A DNA stretch of 64,000 nt from Pyrinomonadaceae bacterium. GTDB lineage: Bacteria; Acidobacteriota; Blastocatellia; Pyrinomonadales; Pyrinomonadaceae. The stretch spans positions 32,001 to 96,000 of the forward strand of contig JBKBYA010000008.1 in NCBI GenBank assembly GCA_046313635.1. The letters are read 5' to 3'. The notes below the pieces were generated by a model that was not told the DNA's origin, did not search any database, and saw only the letters and a list, made by a program, of their open reading frames with translations. The translations under genes and the position numbers were made by a program. Position 1 is the first letter of the stretch, and each line of letters starts with the position of its first letter. Below are positions 1-8,607 of the stretch, piece after piece.

Positions 1-1577
1 AGCTTTGAGTCAAAGCCCGCGGCCGCGCGAAAGTTGCCGATCACGAGCGAGCCGAGCGCCCACAGCGTTATCACGAGCACGAAAAGCATCGGAATGAGCG
101 TGAACGCGATCCGCTTGCGGGCCTGATAGAGCCACACCGTGATCGAAAGCAGCGTGAGCGCAGCCAGAAGCTGATTGGACGCGCCGAAGAGCGTCCAAAA
201 ATCGAGGTACGATCCGGGCTTTGCGAAAAAGATCAAGAGGAAAGGCACGGCGCCGGTCCCGACAGTTCCGATCACCGCGCCGATGCGGCCCGGGATCCCG
301 AAAAGCTCCTGGACGATGTACCGGCCGAGCCTCATCGAGACGTCGAGCGTGTCAAAGACGAATGTCGAGAACGCCATCGCACCGAACGTGATCGCGAACT
401 GCAGATTCTCCTTTCCGATCACCAGCGTCAAAAAGCTGCCGATTCCGTTGCCGTAGATCTTGCCGGCCGACAGATTGCGGCCGTCGGGCCCGACCAGAGA
501 GCCGCTCGTCGCGACCATCACGGTGACGAGCGCGATAAAGGCGACAAAACCCTCGGCCAGCATCGCCCCGTAGCCGACCGGACGCGTATGCGACTCTTTG
601 TCGATCTGTTTCGAGGTCGTCCCGGAACAGACGAGGCCGTGAAAGCCCGAGCAGGCGCCGCAGGCGATCGTGACGAAAAGGAAAGGGAACAGCATTCCCG
701 TCATCCCGCCGACGTCAAACGACTTGAACGCCGGCTGCTGGATCGAGTAGCCGCCAAAGAATATCCCGATCACGCCGAGAGCGATCGCCGTGTAGAGCAC
801 GAATCCGCCGAGATAGCCGCGCGGCTGCAGGAGCGCCCAGACCGGCACTAGCGACGCGATGACGCAGTAAACAAGGATCGCGACCGACCAGCTCAGGTGG
901 CTGAAATTCAAAACGTGCGAGTACATCGTACCGACCCACGACAGCGCAAACGTCGCCGGCACAAAAATGATCGTCACGAGCCACAGCGGCGGCCGAAGAA
1001 ATCTCTCGACCAGACCGAGCACGATCGACAAACCGAGATACAGAACGCTCGCCATCGCGACGGCTCCGCCGGGATTGAATCGCGTCTCGCCGACGAGAGC
1101 CTCGTCGCCGGCGACGAACGTCCCGGCCGTGATATCCGTAAAGGCGACGATCACGTAAACGAGCGCGATCCAGATAAATCCCATCATCGCCCGGCCCGCT
1201 CCGGTGCCGAGCTTCTCTTTTGTGATCTCCGCGATCGACTGCGCCCCGTGACGGACCGACGAGGCGAGCGCCGAAAAGTCGTGCACCGCGCCGATCAGCA
1301 CCACGCCGAGCGCGATCCAAAGCAGGCACGGCAGCCACCCGAAAGCGAGACACGCGATGATCGGCCCCGCGATCGGCCCGGCCGCCGCGATCGCCGAAAA
1401 GTGCTGGCCAAAGAGGTAGAACGGCTTTGTCGGCACAAAATCCTCGCCGTCGTTGACACGATTGGCCGGCGTGGCGTTATCGTCGTCGAGCCTGAACTGC
1501 CGCGCGATCCAGCGGCCGTACGCGAAGTAACCGAAGACGAGCCAAGCCAGAAACACGATCGCAAGAATTGTGAGCAT
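1..1577 (-). CDS. cstA: Carbon starvation protein A family peptide/pyruvate transporter (3' end runs off window)
   Basis: Not in ORF track. Manual translation from ATG at 1577 gives MLTILAIVFLAWLVFGYFAYGRWIARQF...TPANRVNDGEDFVPTKPFYLFGQHFSAIAAAGPIAGP, later IACGACSGFH and WTLFGASNQLLA, all CstA signatures. Confidence 0.93.
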   Translation of the reverse strand, partial: MLTILAIVFLAWLVFGYFAYGRWIARQFRLDDDNATPANRVNDGEDFVPTKPFYLFGQHFSAIAAAGPIAGPIIACLAFGWLPCLLWIALGVVLIGAVHDFSALASSVRHGAQSIAEITKEKLGTGAGRAMMGFIWIALVYVIVAFTDITAGTFVAGDEALVGETRFNPGGAVAMASVLYLGLSIVLGLVERFLRPPLWLVTIIFVPATFALSWVGTMYSHVLNFSHLSWSVAILVYCVIASLVPVWALLQPRGYLGGFVLYTAIALGVIGIFFGGYSIQQPAFKSFDVGGMTGMLFPFLFVTIACGACSGFHGLVCSGTTSKQIDKESHTRPVGYGAMLAEGFVAFIALVTVMVATSGSLVGPDGRNLSAGKIYGNGIGSFLTLVIGKENLQFAITFGAMAFSTFVFDTLDVSMRLGRYIVQELFGIPGRIGAVIGTVGTGAVPFLLIFFAKPGSYLDFWTLFGASNQLLAALTLLSITVWLYQARKRIAFTLIPMLFVLVITLWALGSLVIGNFRAAAGFDSK

Positions 1578-1673
1578 AAGGATCCGCGTTAGAAGTCGAA
1601 ATGTCGCAAAAGACGGGTAAATTTACGACACCGCCGACCACGGATTCAACTGCCCGGCCGCGGCGGGTGAATC

Positions 1674-1702
1674 TTGACAGTGATTTATTGATTATTTATT
1701 CT
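1674..1702 (+). promoter_or_regulatory. Sigma70-type promoter for the riboswitch-terC transcript
   Basis: TTGACA (1674-1679), 17-nt spacer, TATTCT (1697-1702), just upstream of the riboswitch. Confidence 0.75.
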
Positions 1703-1718
1703 GCTTCACGACAATCAG

Positions 1719-1815
1719 GCAAGGGGAGTAGGTAGCCCTCGCGGTCCTTTGAAACCGTCAATACGAGCGATCCCGGCGATCGCTCCGGTTCGAAGGCAAA
1801 GTATCGAGACCTTGC
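1719..1815 (+). ncRNA. yybP-ykoY (Mn2+-sensing) riboswitch aptamer
   Basis: Hallmark segments AAGGGGAGTAG, CCGTCAATACG and CGAGACC. P1 helix GCAAGG (1719-1724) pairs with CCTTGC (1810-1815). Lies upstream of a TerC/Alx gene, the classical context. Confidence 0.88.
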
Positions 1816-1859
1816 GTGCGACACAAATTCAATGTGTCCCGCGCGAGGTTTTTACTTTT
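1810..1859 (+). terminator. Intrinsic terminator forming the riboswitch expression platform
   Basis: CCTTGCGTG-C-GACACA, loop, TGTGTC-C-CGCGCGAGG, then TTTTTACTTTT. The 5' arm is shared with aptamer P1. Confidence 0.7.
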
Positions 1860-1884
1860 GCGGGAACAGGATCTTGGAGGTTCT

Positions 1885-2961
1885 GTGGTTAGTCTATTTC
1901 CTTTTACGGATTATTGGTGGTTCTACGGTCTGTTCACGCTGTTTGTGCTGGGAATGCTGGCACTCGACCTCGGCGTGTTTCACCGCAAGGAGCACACCGT
2001 CACGTTCAAAGAAGCGAGCGTCTGGACGGGCGTCTGGATCGTCCTCGCGCTGGCCTTCAATTACTTCATATACCGATATGCGCTCTGGAAGTTTCCGCAG
2101 GACGCGCGGCTCGCGGCCATGCCCGGGTTTGATCCCGACCTCGCCGCATGGAATGTCTCGCTCGAGTTCCTGACGGGCTACGTCGTCGAAAAATCGCTGT
2201 CGGTCGACAACATCTTTATCTTTGTCGTCGTCTTTGCGTACTTTGCGATCCCTAGGATCTATCAGCACCGCGTGCTGTTTTACGGGATCATCGGTGCGCT
2301 TATCTTCAGGGCGATCTTTATCGGCGCAGGATCGTGGCTGATGCAGTTCCACTGGGTGATCTATCTCTTTGGCGGGTTTCTCATCCTGACGGGCGTCAAG
2401 ATGATGTTCGGGACGGAGACGGAGATCGAGCCCGAAAAGAACTTTCTCATCCGCACGTTCAAGCGCTTTATGCCGGTCACTCACACGCTTCGCGGCAAGC
2501 ATTTCTTTGTTAGAGAGGGCGGCCGCTGGGCGGCGACGCCGCTGTTCATCGCGCTGCTCTTCCTTGAATTCACCGACGTCATATTCGCCGTCGATTCGGT
2601 ACCGGCGATATTTGCGATCACGGCCGAGCCGATGATCGTTTTTACGTCGAATATATTCGCCATCCTCGGCCTGCGCTCGATGTACTTTATGCTCGCCGGC
2701 GCGGTCGACAAGTTTTATCTGCTCAAGTACGGGCTCGCCGTCGTGCTCGTCTTTGTCGGTCTGAAGATGGTCTGGCTCAACGACCTCTACGGCGGCAAAT
2801 TCCCCATCTCGTGGTCGCTCGGGTTCATCCTGACGACGATCGCGGTCTCTGTCGCAGCCTCGCTTCTGATGCCGCGGAAAGGCGGCGAGACTGTCGGCGG
2901 CGACGACGCTCCGGGCGCCGCCGCGCCGCACCGCAGCAGCCGCGGTGAGGCATTCGAATAG
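1885..2961 (+). CDS. terC: TerC/Alx family membrane protein (Mn homeostasis)
   Basis: Motifs EKSLSVDN, DVIFAVDSVPA and SNIFAILGLRSMYF. GTG at 1885 follows a GGAGG RBS. Confidence 0.93.
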   Translation: MVSLFPFTDYWWFYGLFTLFVLGMLALDLGVFHRKEHTVTFKEASVWTGVWIVLALAFNYFIYRYALWKFPQDARLAAMPGFDPDLAAWNVSLEFLTGYVVEKSLSVDNIFIFVVVFAYFAIPRIYQHRVLFYGIIGALIFRAIFIGAGSWLMQFHWVIYLFGGFLILTGVKMMFGTETEIEPEKNFLIRTFKRFMPVTHTLRGKHFFVREGGRWAATPLFIALLFLEFTDVIFAVDSVPAIFAITAEPMIVFTSNIFAILGLRSMYFMLAGAVDKFYLLKYGLAVVLVFVGLKMVWLNDLYGGKFPISWSLGFILTTIAVSVAASLLMPRKGGETVGGDDAPGAAAPHRSSRGEAFE

Positions 2962-3042
2962 CGGCCGCGATCTTTCACGAGACCGGCCCGCTAGGCCGAG
3001 GCAGACTCTTGTTGTGATACGCTTTTGCTCATCATCCTGCGT

Positions 3043-3513
3043 ATGAGCACAGAGACGAGATCACTGCAAGAGACCTACTCTCCGCAAGGTATCTGCTTCG
3101 GCTGCGGGCCGGCCAATCCAAAGGGACTTCACATCAGAAGCTTTGTCGACGGCGACGAGGTGGTCGCCGAGTGGAATGCCGAAGAGCACCACCAGGCGTT
3201 TCCCGGCGTGCTCAACGGCGGCATCATCGGAGCGCTGCTCGACTGCCATTCGAACTGGGCCGCCGCCTATCACCTGATGAAGCAAAACGGCCTCGACGCA
3301 CCGCCCTGCACCGTCACCGCCGAATTCCACGTCAAGCTGCTGCGGCCGACGCCGGCGGACGTCCCGATCACGCTTAGGGCTCGCGTCGTCGATTCGACCG
3401 GCGACCGCGCGACCGTCGAGGCCGAACTCATCGCGAACGGCAAGGTCTGCGACACATGCCGCGGCGTGTTTGTCGCCGTCAAAGAAGGCCATCCTGCATT
3501 TCACAGGTGGTAA
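3043..3513 (+). CDS. PaaI/hotdog-fold thioesterase
   Basis: CFGCGPANPKGL, NGGIIGALLDCH and VTAEFHVKLLRPTP motifs. Confidence 0.85.
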   Translation: MSTETRSLQETYSPQGICFGCGPANPKGLHIRSFVDGDEVVAEWNAEEHHQAFPGVLNGGIIGALLDCHSNWAAAYHLMKQNGLDAPPCTVTAEFHVKLLRPTPADVPITLRARVVDSTGDRATVEAELIANGKVCDTCRGVFVAVKEGHPAFHRW

Positions 3514-3521
3514 GAGCGTTT

Positions 3522-3617
3522 GCCGCGAATTGCACCAATGCCCTTCTCCATCGATACGTACGGCACGTCCGGCGTTACGCAGCAAAACACATTCGAGTCA
3601 TTCGTGTAATTCGCGGC
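3522..3617. repeat. Imperfect inverted repeat with ~9-bp-period arms between convergent genes
   Basis: GCCGCGAATTGCACCAATG (3522-3540) vs reverse complement of 3599-3617, GCCGCGAATTACACGAATG (17/19). Confidence 0.75.
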
Positions 3618-4191
3618 CGATCCCTACTCGCTGCATTTGGGCGTTGAACTCGCCCGTGAGGCCGAGTCTTTCCATCCACAGGTTCTGCTCGCGCATAAGC
3701 GCGGGCAGATGCACGACGTCAGACAGCGCGTAATCGACGAGCTCCTCGGTCCAGATGCCGTCCCATTTTTTGGTGAATTTTGCGCGGTGCGATTTTTCGA
3801 GATCGACGGCGAAGTACCGGTAAAGCGTTTCGGCGAGCGAGGCCGACTGGTTGGCTCCGCGGGTGAGGACCTTTTCGGCGACCATCGTGTCAAAGACGTT
3901 CGCGACCGGCTGGCCGTGCTCGCGGAGGAATTCGAGATCGAACTTCGCGTTGTGAAAGATCTTCACGATCGACGCGCTCTCGAGCACCTCGCTCAATTGC
4001 CCCAATCCAACGCCTTCGCTGATCGGGACCAGCACGTTGAATTCGCCGTCCGAGAACTGCACCGAAAACAATTTGCCGTACCGAGGATCAAGCCCCGATG
4101 TCTCGGTGTCGCAGCCCAGCGCCGTGGCCGTCGAGAGTCGTCGGTACGCAAGCTCGATGTCTTGCTCGGTGCGGGCAATGAGGACGTTCAC
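3598..4191 (-). CDS. Stand-alone DEDDy 3'-5' exonuclease (RNase D / PolA-exonuclease-like)
   Basis: ExoI DTETSG, ExoII HNAKFDL, ExoIII YALSDV. GTG at 4191 chosen because TACAAT lies 6 nt upstream. Confidence 0.85.
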   Translation of the reverse strand: MNVLIARTEQDIELAYRRLSTATALGCDTETSGLDPRYGKLFSVQFSDGEFNVLVPISEGVGLGQLSEVLESASIVKIFHNAKFDLEFLREHGQPVANVFDTMVAEKVLTRGANQSASLAETLYRYFAVDLEKSHRAKFTKKWDGIWTEELVDYALSDVVHLPALMREQNLWMERLGLTGEFNAQMQRVGIGRELHE

Positions 4192-4278
4192 AACCAAATT
4201 GTAAACGTCTCAACATCGGCGCGGAAATGTACTAATATTTCCCCGATCATTCGCTTAGCTTACGACATCGTCCTCGAC

Positions 4279-4734
4279 TCTTTGCGTGCTTTGCGAGCTT
4301 TGCGTGAAATTCTTTCCCATATGACCGAAAACGAGATTTCCCGCGCCATCGTCGACTCGGCTTACAAGATACACAATGCTCTCGGACCGGGGCTTCTCGA
4401 GACCGTCTACCGCTCAGCCCTTGCTTTTGAATTACGAAAACGCGGCCTCCAGGCCGTCGAAGAGCGGCCGATACCGGTCATTTACGACGACGTAAAACTC
4501 GAACTGGGATTCCGTGCCGACATCATCGTCAACAACAAGGTGATCGTTGAGATCAAATCGATCGAGGCGCTGGCGCCGATCCATTCGAAGATACTCCTTA
4601 CAGATTTGCGACTCGCGGATATCCGGCTCGGGCTGCTGATCAATTCTAATGTCGAGCTTATCAAGGATGGATTGCGACGAGTGGTCAACGGCCTATAGAG
4701 AGCTTTCACGCAAAGCTCGCAAAGTACGCAAAGA
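4279..4734. repeat. 31-bp inverted repeats built of 9-bp units flanking the GxxExxY gene
   Basis: Left arm 4279-4309 TCTTTGCGTGCTTTGCGAGCTTTGCGTGAAA. Right arm 4704-4734 is its reverse complement with one mismatch. Confidence 0.92.
4321..4698 (+). CDS. GxxExxY family protein (PD-(D/E)XK nuclease-like)
   Basis: 125 aa from ATG 4321. LGPGLLETVY (GxxExxY), RADIIV, IVEIK and LGLLIN motifs. Confidence 0.9.
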   Translation: MTENEISRAIVDSAYKIHNALGPGLLETVYRSALAFELRKRGLQAVEERPIPVIYDDVKLELGFRADIIVNNKVIVEIKSIEALAPIHSKILLTDLRLADIRLGLLINSNVELIKDGLRRVVNGL

Positions 4735-4752
4735 CGTGGATAATCGTTGGGT

Positions 4753-5406
4753 ATGCCCGAAGCTTTATCAGAGACCGAGGTCCGCATTCTCGGCAGTCTT
4801 GTCGAGAAGCAGCTCACGACGCCCGAGTATTATCCGCTGACGCTCAACGCGCTTGTCGCCGCGTGCAATCAGAAGACGAACCGCGATCCGGTCGTCGCAT
4901 ACGACGAGACGACCGTGACGGCCGCGCTCGAGAGTTTGCGTGAAAAGAATCTCGTTTACGTCTTTTACGGCGCCGGAAGCCGGACGGTGAAGTACAAGCA
5001 TATGCTCCCCGGCGTGTACGAGCTCGATCCGGCCGAGACCGCCGTCGTCGCCGTGCTAATGCTGCGCGGCCCGCAGACGCTCGGCGAGATCAAGGAACGC
5101 GCGCATCGCATGCATGACTTCGCAAACCTCGGCGAAGCGCAGGAGGTGCTCGACCGGCTCGCTACTCGCGACGACCCCGTCGTCGTCCGCCTCGAGCGCC
5201 AGCCGGGGCAGAAGGACGCGCGTTACGCTCATCTGCTCGCCGGCCCGGTCGACGCGGCCGCCGTCGCGCAGCCGTCACGATCGGCGGGAACGTCCGGCGT
5301 CGCCGCCGAGCGGATCGAAAGGCTCGAGACCGAGATCGCCGAGCTCCGGGCCGAGCTGGCCGAAATACGCGAGACCTTTGAACAGTTTCGACGCCAGTTC
5401 GAATAG
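4753..5406 (+). CDS. YceH/DUF480 family protein
   Basis: LGSLVEKQLTTPEYYPLTLNALVAACNQKTNRDP and LMLRGPQTLGE. Confidence 0.9.
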   Translation: MPEALSETEVRILGSLVEKQLTTPEYYPLTLNALVAACNQKTNRDPVVAYDETTVTAALESLREKNLVYVFYGAGSRTVKYKHMLPGVYELDPAETAVVAVLMLRGPQTLGEIKERAHRMHDFANLGEAQEVLDRLATRDDPVVVRLERQPGQKDARYAHLLAGPVDAAAVAQPSRSAGTSGVAAERIERLETEIAELRAELAEIRETFEQFRRQFE

Positions 5407-5423
5407 CCCGACCCGGACCGCAC

Positions 5424-5451
5424 AAAAAAGGAGGGCCGGCACGGGCCCTCC
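5424..5451 (-). terminator. Intrinsic terminator for the 5489-6424 gene
   Basis: GGAGGGCC/GGCCCTCC stem preceded on + strand by an A6 tract (U-tract on minus). Confidence 0.7.
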
Positions 5452-5488
5452 GCAAAGGAGTCTGATTTTTCGAGAGATCGAACTTAGC

Positions 5489-6424
5489 TTACCTGCCGCG
5501 AGCCATCCGGCGGATGCCCATCCGCATCTCGACAAGCTGCTCGGGCGTGACGCTCGGGTCGCTCGCCTTTGCCTGACGGATAAAATCCGCGTCGACATTG
5601 AAGATTCGGAATCTGACGACCTGCTCGGCCGAGAGGTCCGCGTATCCCTCGCTCTTGAGCGAATGCAGAAATTCAGGCGTGACCTTAAAGATCCTGAATC
5701 TTACAAGCTGCTCAAAGTCGCTGCCGGCGAAGCCCATCGCGTGCACGTCGCGGACCCACGCGGCGTCGATCTTGAAGATGCGCGCCTTGACGAGATCTTC
5801 CATCGACAGATCGGGAAATCCGCTGGCCTTCATCTCGCTCATGAATTCGGGCGTGATCTTGAATATCGCCGCCTTAAAGAGATCGTCGACATCGAGCGGG
5901 CCAAAGTTGGCCGACAGCAGATCGTCCGCGAGCTTGGTCGTCACATTCAGCGCGGCCGCGACGAACAGACGGTCCTCGAGATCGTCGCGTTCGGTGCTCG
6001 CATCGTCGCGGCTGCGGCGAAATTTCGATCTTGAAAAATCGAACCCGCGGCTCTTCATCGCGTCGACATACGAGCGGCTGGGTGTGAACGTAAAAGTTCC
6101 GCTCCCCCTGCCGTCGGTGAACGACCCCTCGAGATCGATCGTCCCGGCCTCGCGCACGATGCGAAAGCTGACCTTGCCGCCCCGCGTCTGCGAGGCGGTC
6201 AAACCTTCGAGCTCGCTGTACTCGTAGGAGCGGCCGATCTGGTTGCGGCGGTCGCCCATCGATCGGCGCGAGAGCTGCAGCTCGATCTTGTCGGCGTCTT
6301 TGTCGTCGCGGGCGTCGGCGGTCCATGTGCCGCTGATCGGCGACTGCGCGACGATCACGTACGAGCCGATGACGATGATGATAAAAGCGATGGATGAGAG
6401 CTGATAAAAAAGACCTTTCCGCAT
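5489..6424 (-). CDS. Secreted hypothetical protein with C-terminal ~35-aa helical repeats
   Basis: N-terminal signal peptide and a recurring L..(A/F)RIFK(V/I)(T/D)..F unit. GGAG RBS upstream. Confidence 0.75.
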   Translation of the reverse strand: MRKGLFYQLSSIAFIIIVIGSYVIVAQSPISGTWTADARDDKDADKIELQLSRRSMGDRRNQIGRSYEYSELEGLTASQTRGGKVSFRIVREAGTIDLEGSFTDGRGSGTFTFTPSRSYVDAMKSRGFDFSRSKFRRSRDDASTERDDLEDRLFVAAALNVTTKLADDLLSANFGPLDVDDLFKAAIFKITPEFMSEMKASGFPDLSMEDLVKARIFKIDAAWVRDVHAMGFAGSDFEQLVRFRIFKVTPEFLHSLKSEGYADLSAEQVVRFRIFNVDADFIRQAKASDPSVTPEQLVEMRMGIRRMARGR

Positions 6425-6516
6425 TCGGGATCCTCCGAGATCTGTTTGGATTTTGTCGCTTAGGTGCGAATTACATCCCGAATACCCCGCCCGCCCTTCG
6501 TTTGTGACAAAAAGAT

Positions 6517-6993
6517 CTAGCCTGCCAGCCGCGCGAGGGCCTCGCTTCCGAATTTGAAATGGGTCTCGCCGTCATTGGCGACGGCGCCGAGATCGCGGTA
6601 AAAGCCGATCGCGGGCACGTTCCAATCGAGCACCTGAAAGTCGATCCGCTCGAGCCCGCGCTCGAGGGCCGTCCGCGCGATCTCGCCGAGCAGCGCCCTG
6701 CCGAGACCGCCGCCGCGTCGGGCCCGTTCGATGTAGATGTCCTCGAGATAAAGCCCGCGCTCGCCGCTGAAGGTGGCAAAGTTCGGATAAAAGATCGCGT
6801 AGCCGCAAAGGTCGTCGCCGCTCTGGGCGACGAGGCATTCGACAAACGCTTCGTCGCCAAACAGCACGTCAGCCAGGCGCTGCTCGGTGACCCGAAAATA
6901 CTCGAGCAGCTTTTCAAACTCGGCAAACTCGCGCATCAGGCGATGAATGCCGGCGATATCGTCGGGGCGCGCTTTTCGGATCGTGACGTTCAT
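6517..6993 (-). CDS. GNAT N-acetyltransferase (diamine acetyltransferase-like)
   Basis: GLYLEDIY, RGGGLGRALL and VLDWNVPAIGFY. Confidence 0.9.
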   Translation of the reverse strand: MNVTIRKARPDDIAGIHRLMREFAEFEKLLEYFRVTEQRLADVLFGDEAFVECLVAQSGDDLCGYAIFYPNFATFSGERGLYLEDIYIERARRGGGLGRALLGEIARTALERGLERIDFQVLDWNVPAIGFYRDLGAVANDGETHFKFGSEALARLAG

Positions 6994-6999
6994 AAGAAT

Positions 7000-7033
7000 A
7001 AAAAGGCCGTGCCCGATATTAACAGGCACGGCC
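7000..7033 (-). terminator. Intrinsic terminator for the 7059-8384 gene
   Basis: GGCCGTGCC/GGCACGGCC 9-bp stem with adjacent A-tract on + strand. Confidence 0.7.
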
Positions 7034-7058
7034 AGCGGGTTTTAGCGTCGATAGGAAG

Positions 7059-8384
7059 CTACGGCTTCTTTTTGCCGCCGCCGGACGTCTTTTGCGGAGT
7101 TACGTTCTGCTCGGCCTTTAGCGACTCGATCAGGCTCTGCGCGTCGTCCTTGTACCGGTGCGTCGCCGGGGCCACGCTGACAAACTTCTGCAGGTAGTTT
7201 GCGCCCTCCTGCAGCGCTGCCTTGTCATTTGCGATGTAGCCCTTATTGACCAGGCTGAGCCCGACGCCGGCGAGTGCGTCGACGTTCTCGGGGTCGATCG
7301 CGAGCACTTCCTTGTAGCCCTCGATCGCCTTGTCAGAGTCGACGGTCACGCGATAGATGTCGGCAACGGCAAGCTTTGCCTCGGTCTTTTTGGCCGCATC
7401 GGTCTCGATCGCGACGTAGTCGTCCATTAGAGCCTTTGCGGTCGGGATCTTTTCCGGGTCGACCTGCTCTGTGCGGACCATATACTGCACGATGCTCTTC
7501 GCGGTGTTGATGATCCGCGTCTTGTTTGCGCTGAAGTTGCTGTCCTTCTGATCCTCGGCCGTCGCGTTCTTGATCAGGTTCCATGCCATCGCGAGAACGT
7601 CAATGGCGTCAGCGAGGTCCTTCTTCGCGCTATTAAAGCCTTCGATCTTTACGTTGGCGTCGGTGCCGGGCTTGATCGCGTTGTTATAGCTGAGGATCGC
7701 GCGCTCGCGGAGGACGATGGCCTTGTTTGCCGCAAAGACCGGGACGCTGCCGATGAACGCCGGGTCGGCATTGATGCCGTCCGTGTAGCGGGCCAACGCG
7801 GTCGCATAATCCTTTGCCTCATATGCCGCGTTACCGTCCTGCAGAGCTTTTTGGACAAGGGTATTCTTGTTCTCGATCTCGGCGTTCTTTGCCTTGATCT
7901 CGGCGATCTTCTTCTCTTGTTCGGCGATCTGCTTTTTTTGCTCCTCGGTCAGCTTTGGCTCTCCGCTGCCGGCAGCGGGTGCGCTGGCCAGGGCCGTACG
8001 CAGCTCCTGCTCGGTCCAGCGGCGACCGTCGCCCTCCTCGAGAGTGATGACCAGTTTATCTGTGCCGACCGCTCCCGGCTTGACGCCCGGCAGGTAGTTT
8101 GGGCTGGCTCCCGGAGCGCTGACGCTGAGGACAAAACTTCCGCCAAGCGGCAGGCCCGCAAAACTAAAATTCCCCTTCTTGTCGGTCTTGTCCGACGGGA
8201 ACGTCGCCTTGACGTCCATACGGTAGACCTCGACAAGCGCTCCGGCCACGGGCGTGATCGTGCCGTCGGCCTTCTTGAGCTGGACCTTGCCGCTGATCGG
8301 TGCATTCTGGGCTGAAACGGCCGCGGCAAATACGGCGGTCAGCGCGGACGATAAAATCAAATTAAAAATACGACTCTTGGTCAT
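7059..8384 (-). CDS. Secreted protein with carboxypeptidase-regulatory-like domain and TPR-like repeats
   Basis: Signal peptide (AVSA-Q), ISGKV...PVAGALV...TDKKGNF beta-sandwich, coiled coil, TPR-like helices (AIEGYKEVLAIDPENVDALAG). GGAGG RBS. Confidence 0.8.
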   Translation of the reverse strand: MTKSRIFNLILSSALTAVFAAAVSAQNAPISGKVQLKKADGTITPVAGALVEVYRMDVKATFPSDKTDKKGNFSFAGLPLGGSFVLSVSAPGASPNYLPGVKPGAVGTDKLVITLEEGDGRRWTEQELRTALASAPAAGSGEPKLTEEQKKQIAEQEKKIAEIKAKNAEIENKNTLVQKALQDGNAAYEAKDYATALARYTDGINADPAFIGSVPVFAANKAIVLRERAILSYNNAIKPGTDANVKIEGFNSAKKDLADAIDVLAMAWNLIKNATAEDQKDSNFSANKTRIINTAKSIVQYMVRTEQVDPEKIPTAKALMDDYVAIETDAAKKTEAKLAVADIYRVTVDSDKAIEGYKEVLAIDPENVDALAGVGLSLVNKGYIANDKAALQEGANYLQKFVSVAPATHRYKDDAQSLIESLKAEQNVTPQKTSGGGKKKP

Positions 8385-8607
8385 TACAATCCTCCGGTGA
8401 ACTTCTGAATGCGGTGAATTCGCGTTGCTGTGATGCTCTTTTTGTTAGTGAAGTTCGAAAATTTAAGGCTATCTTAACTCAACATATCGCAAAATGCGAT
8501 GGCACTCGAAACCCGCCGGCGACGCTACGGAGACGGCCGTTAAGCGGGCCCAGGGGCCTGTGATATCTTACTGTTTCCGCGCGGCCGAGCGGCCGTCGCG
8601 CGCACCT

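Noticed and set aside
3637..4320. N-terminal 228 aa of the 353-aa ORF, suggesting a large GxxExxY fusion
   Set aside because: This part is antisense to the exonuclease and runs through the repeat arm. The family-like sequence starts at ATG 4321.
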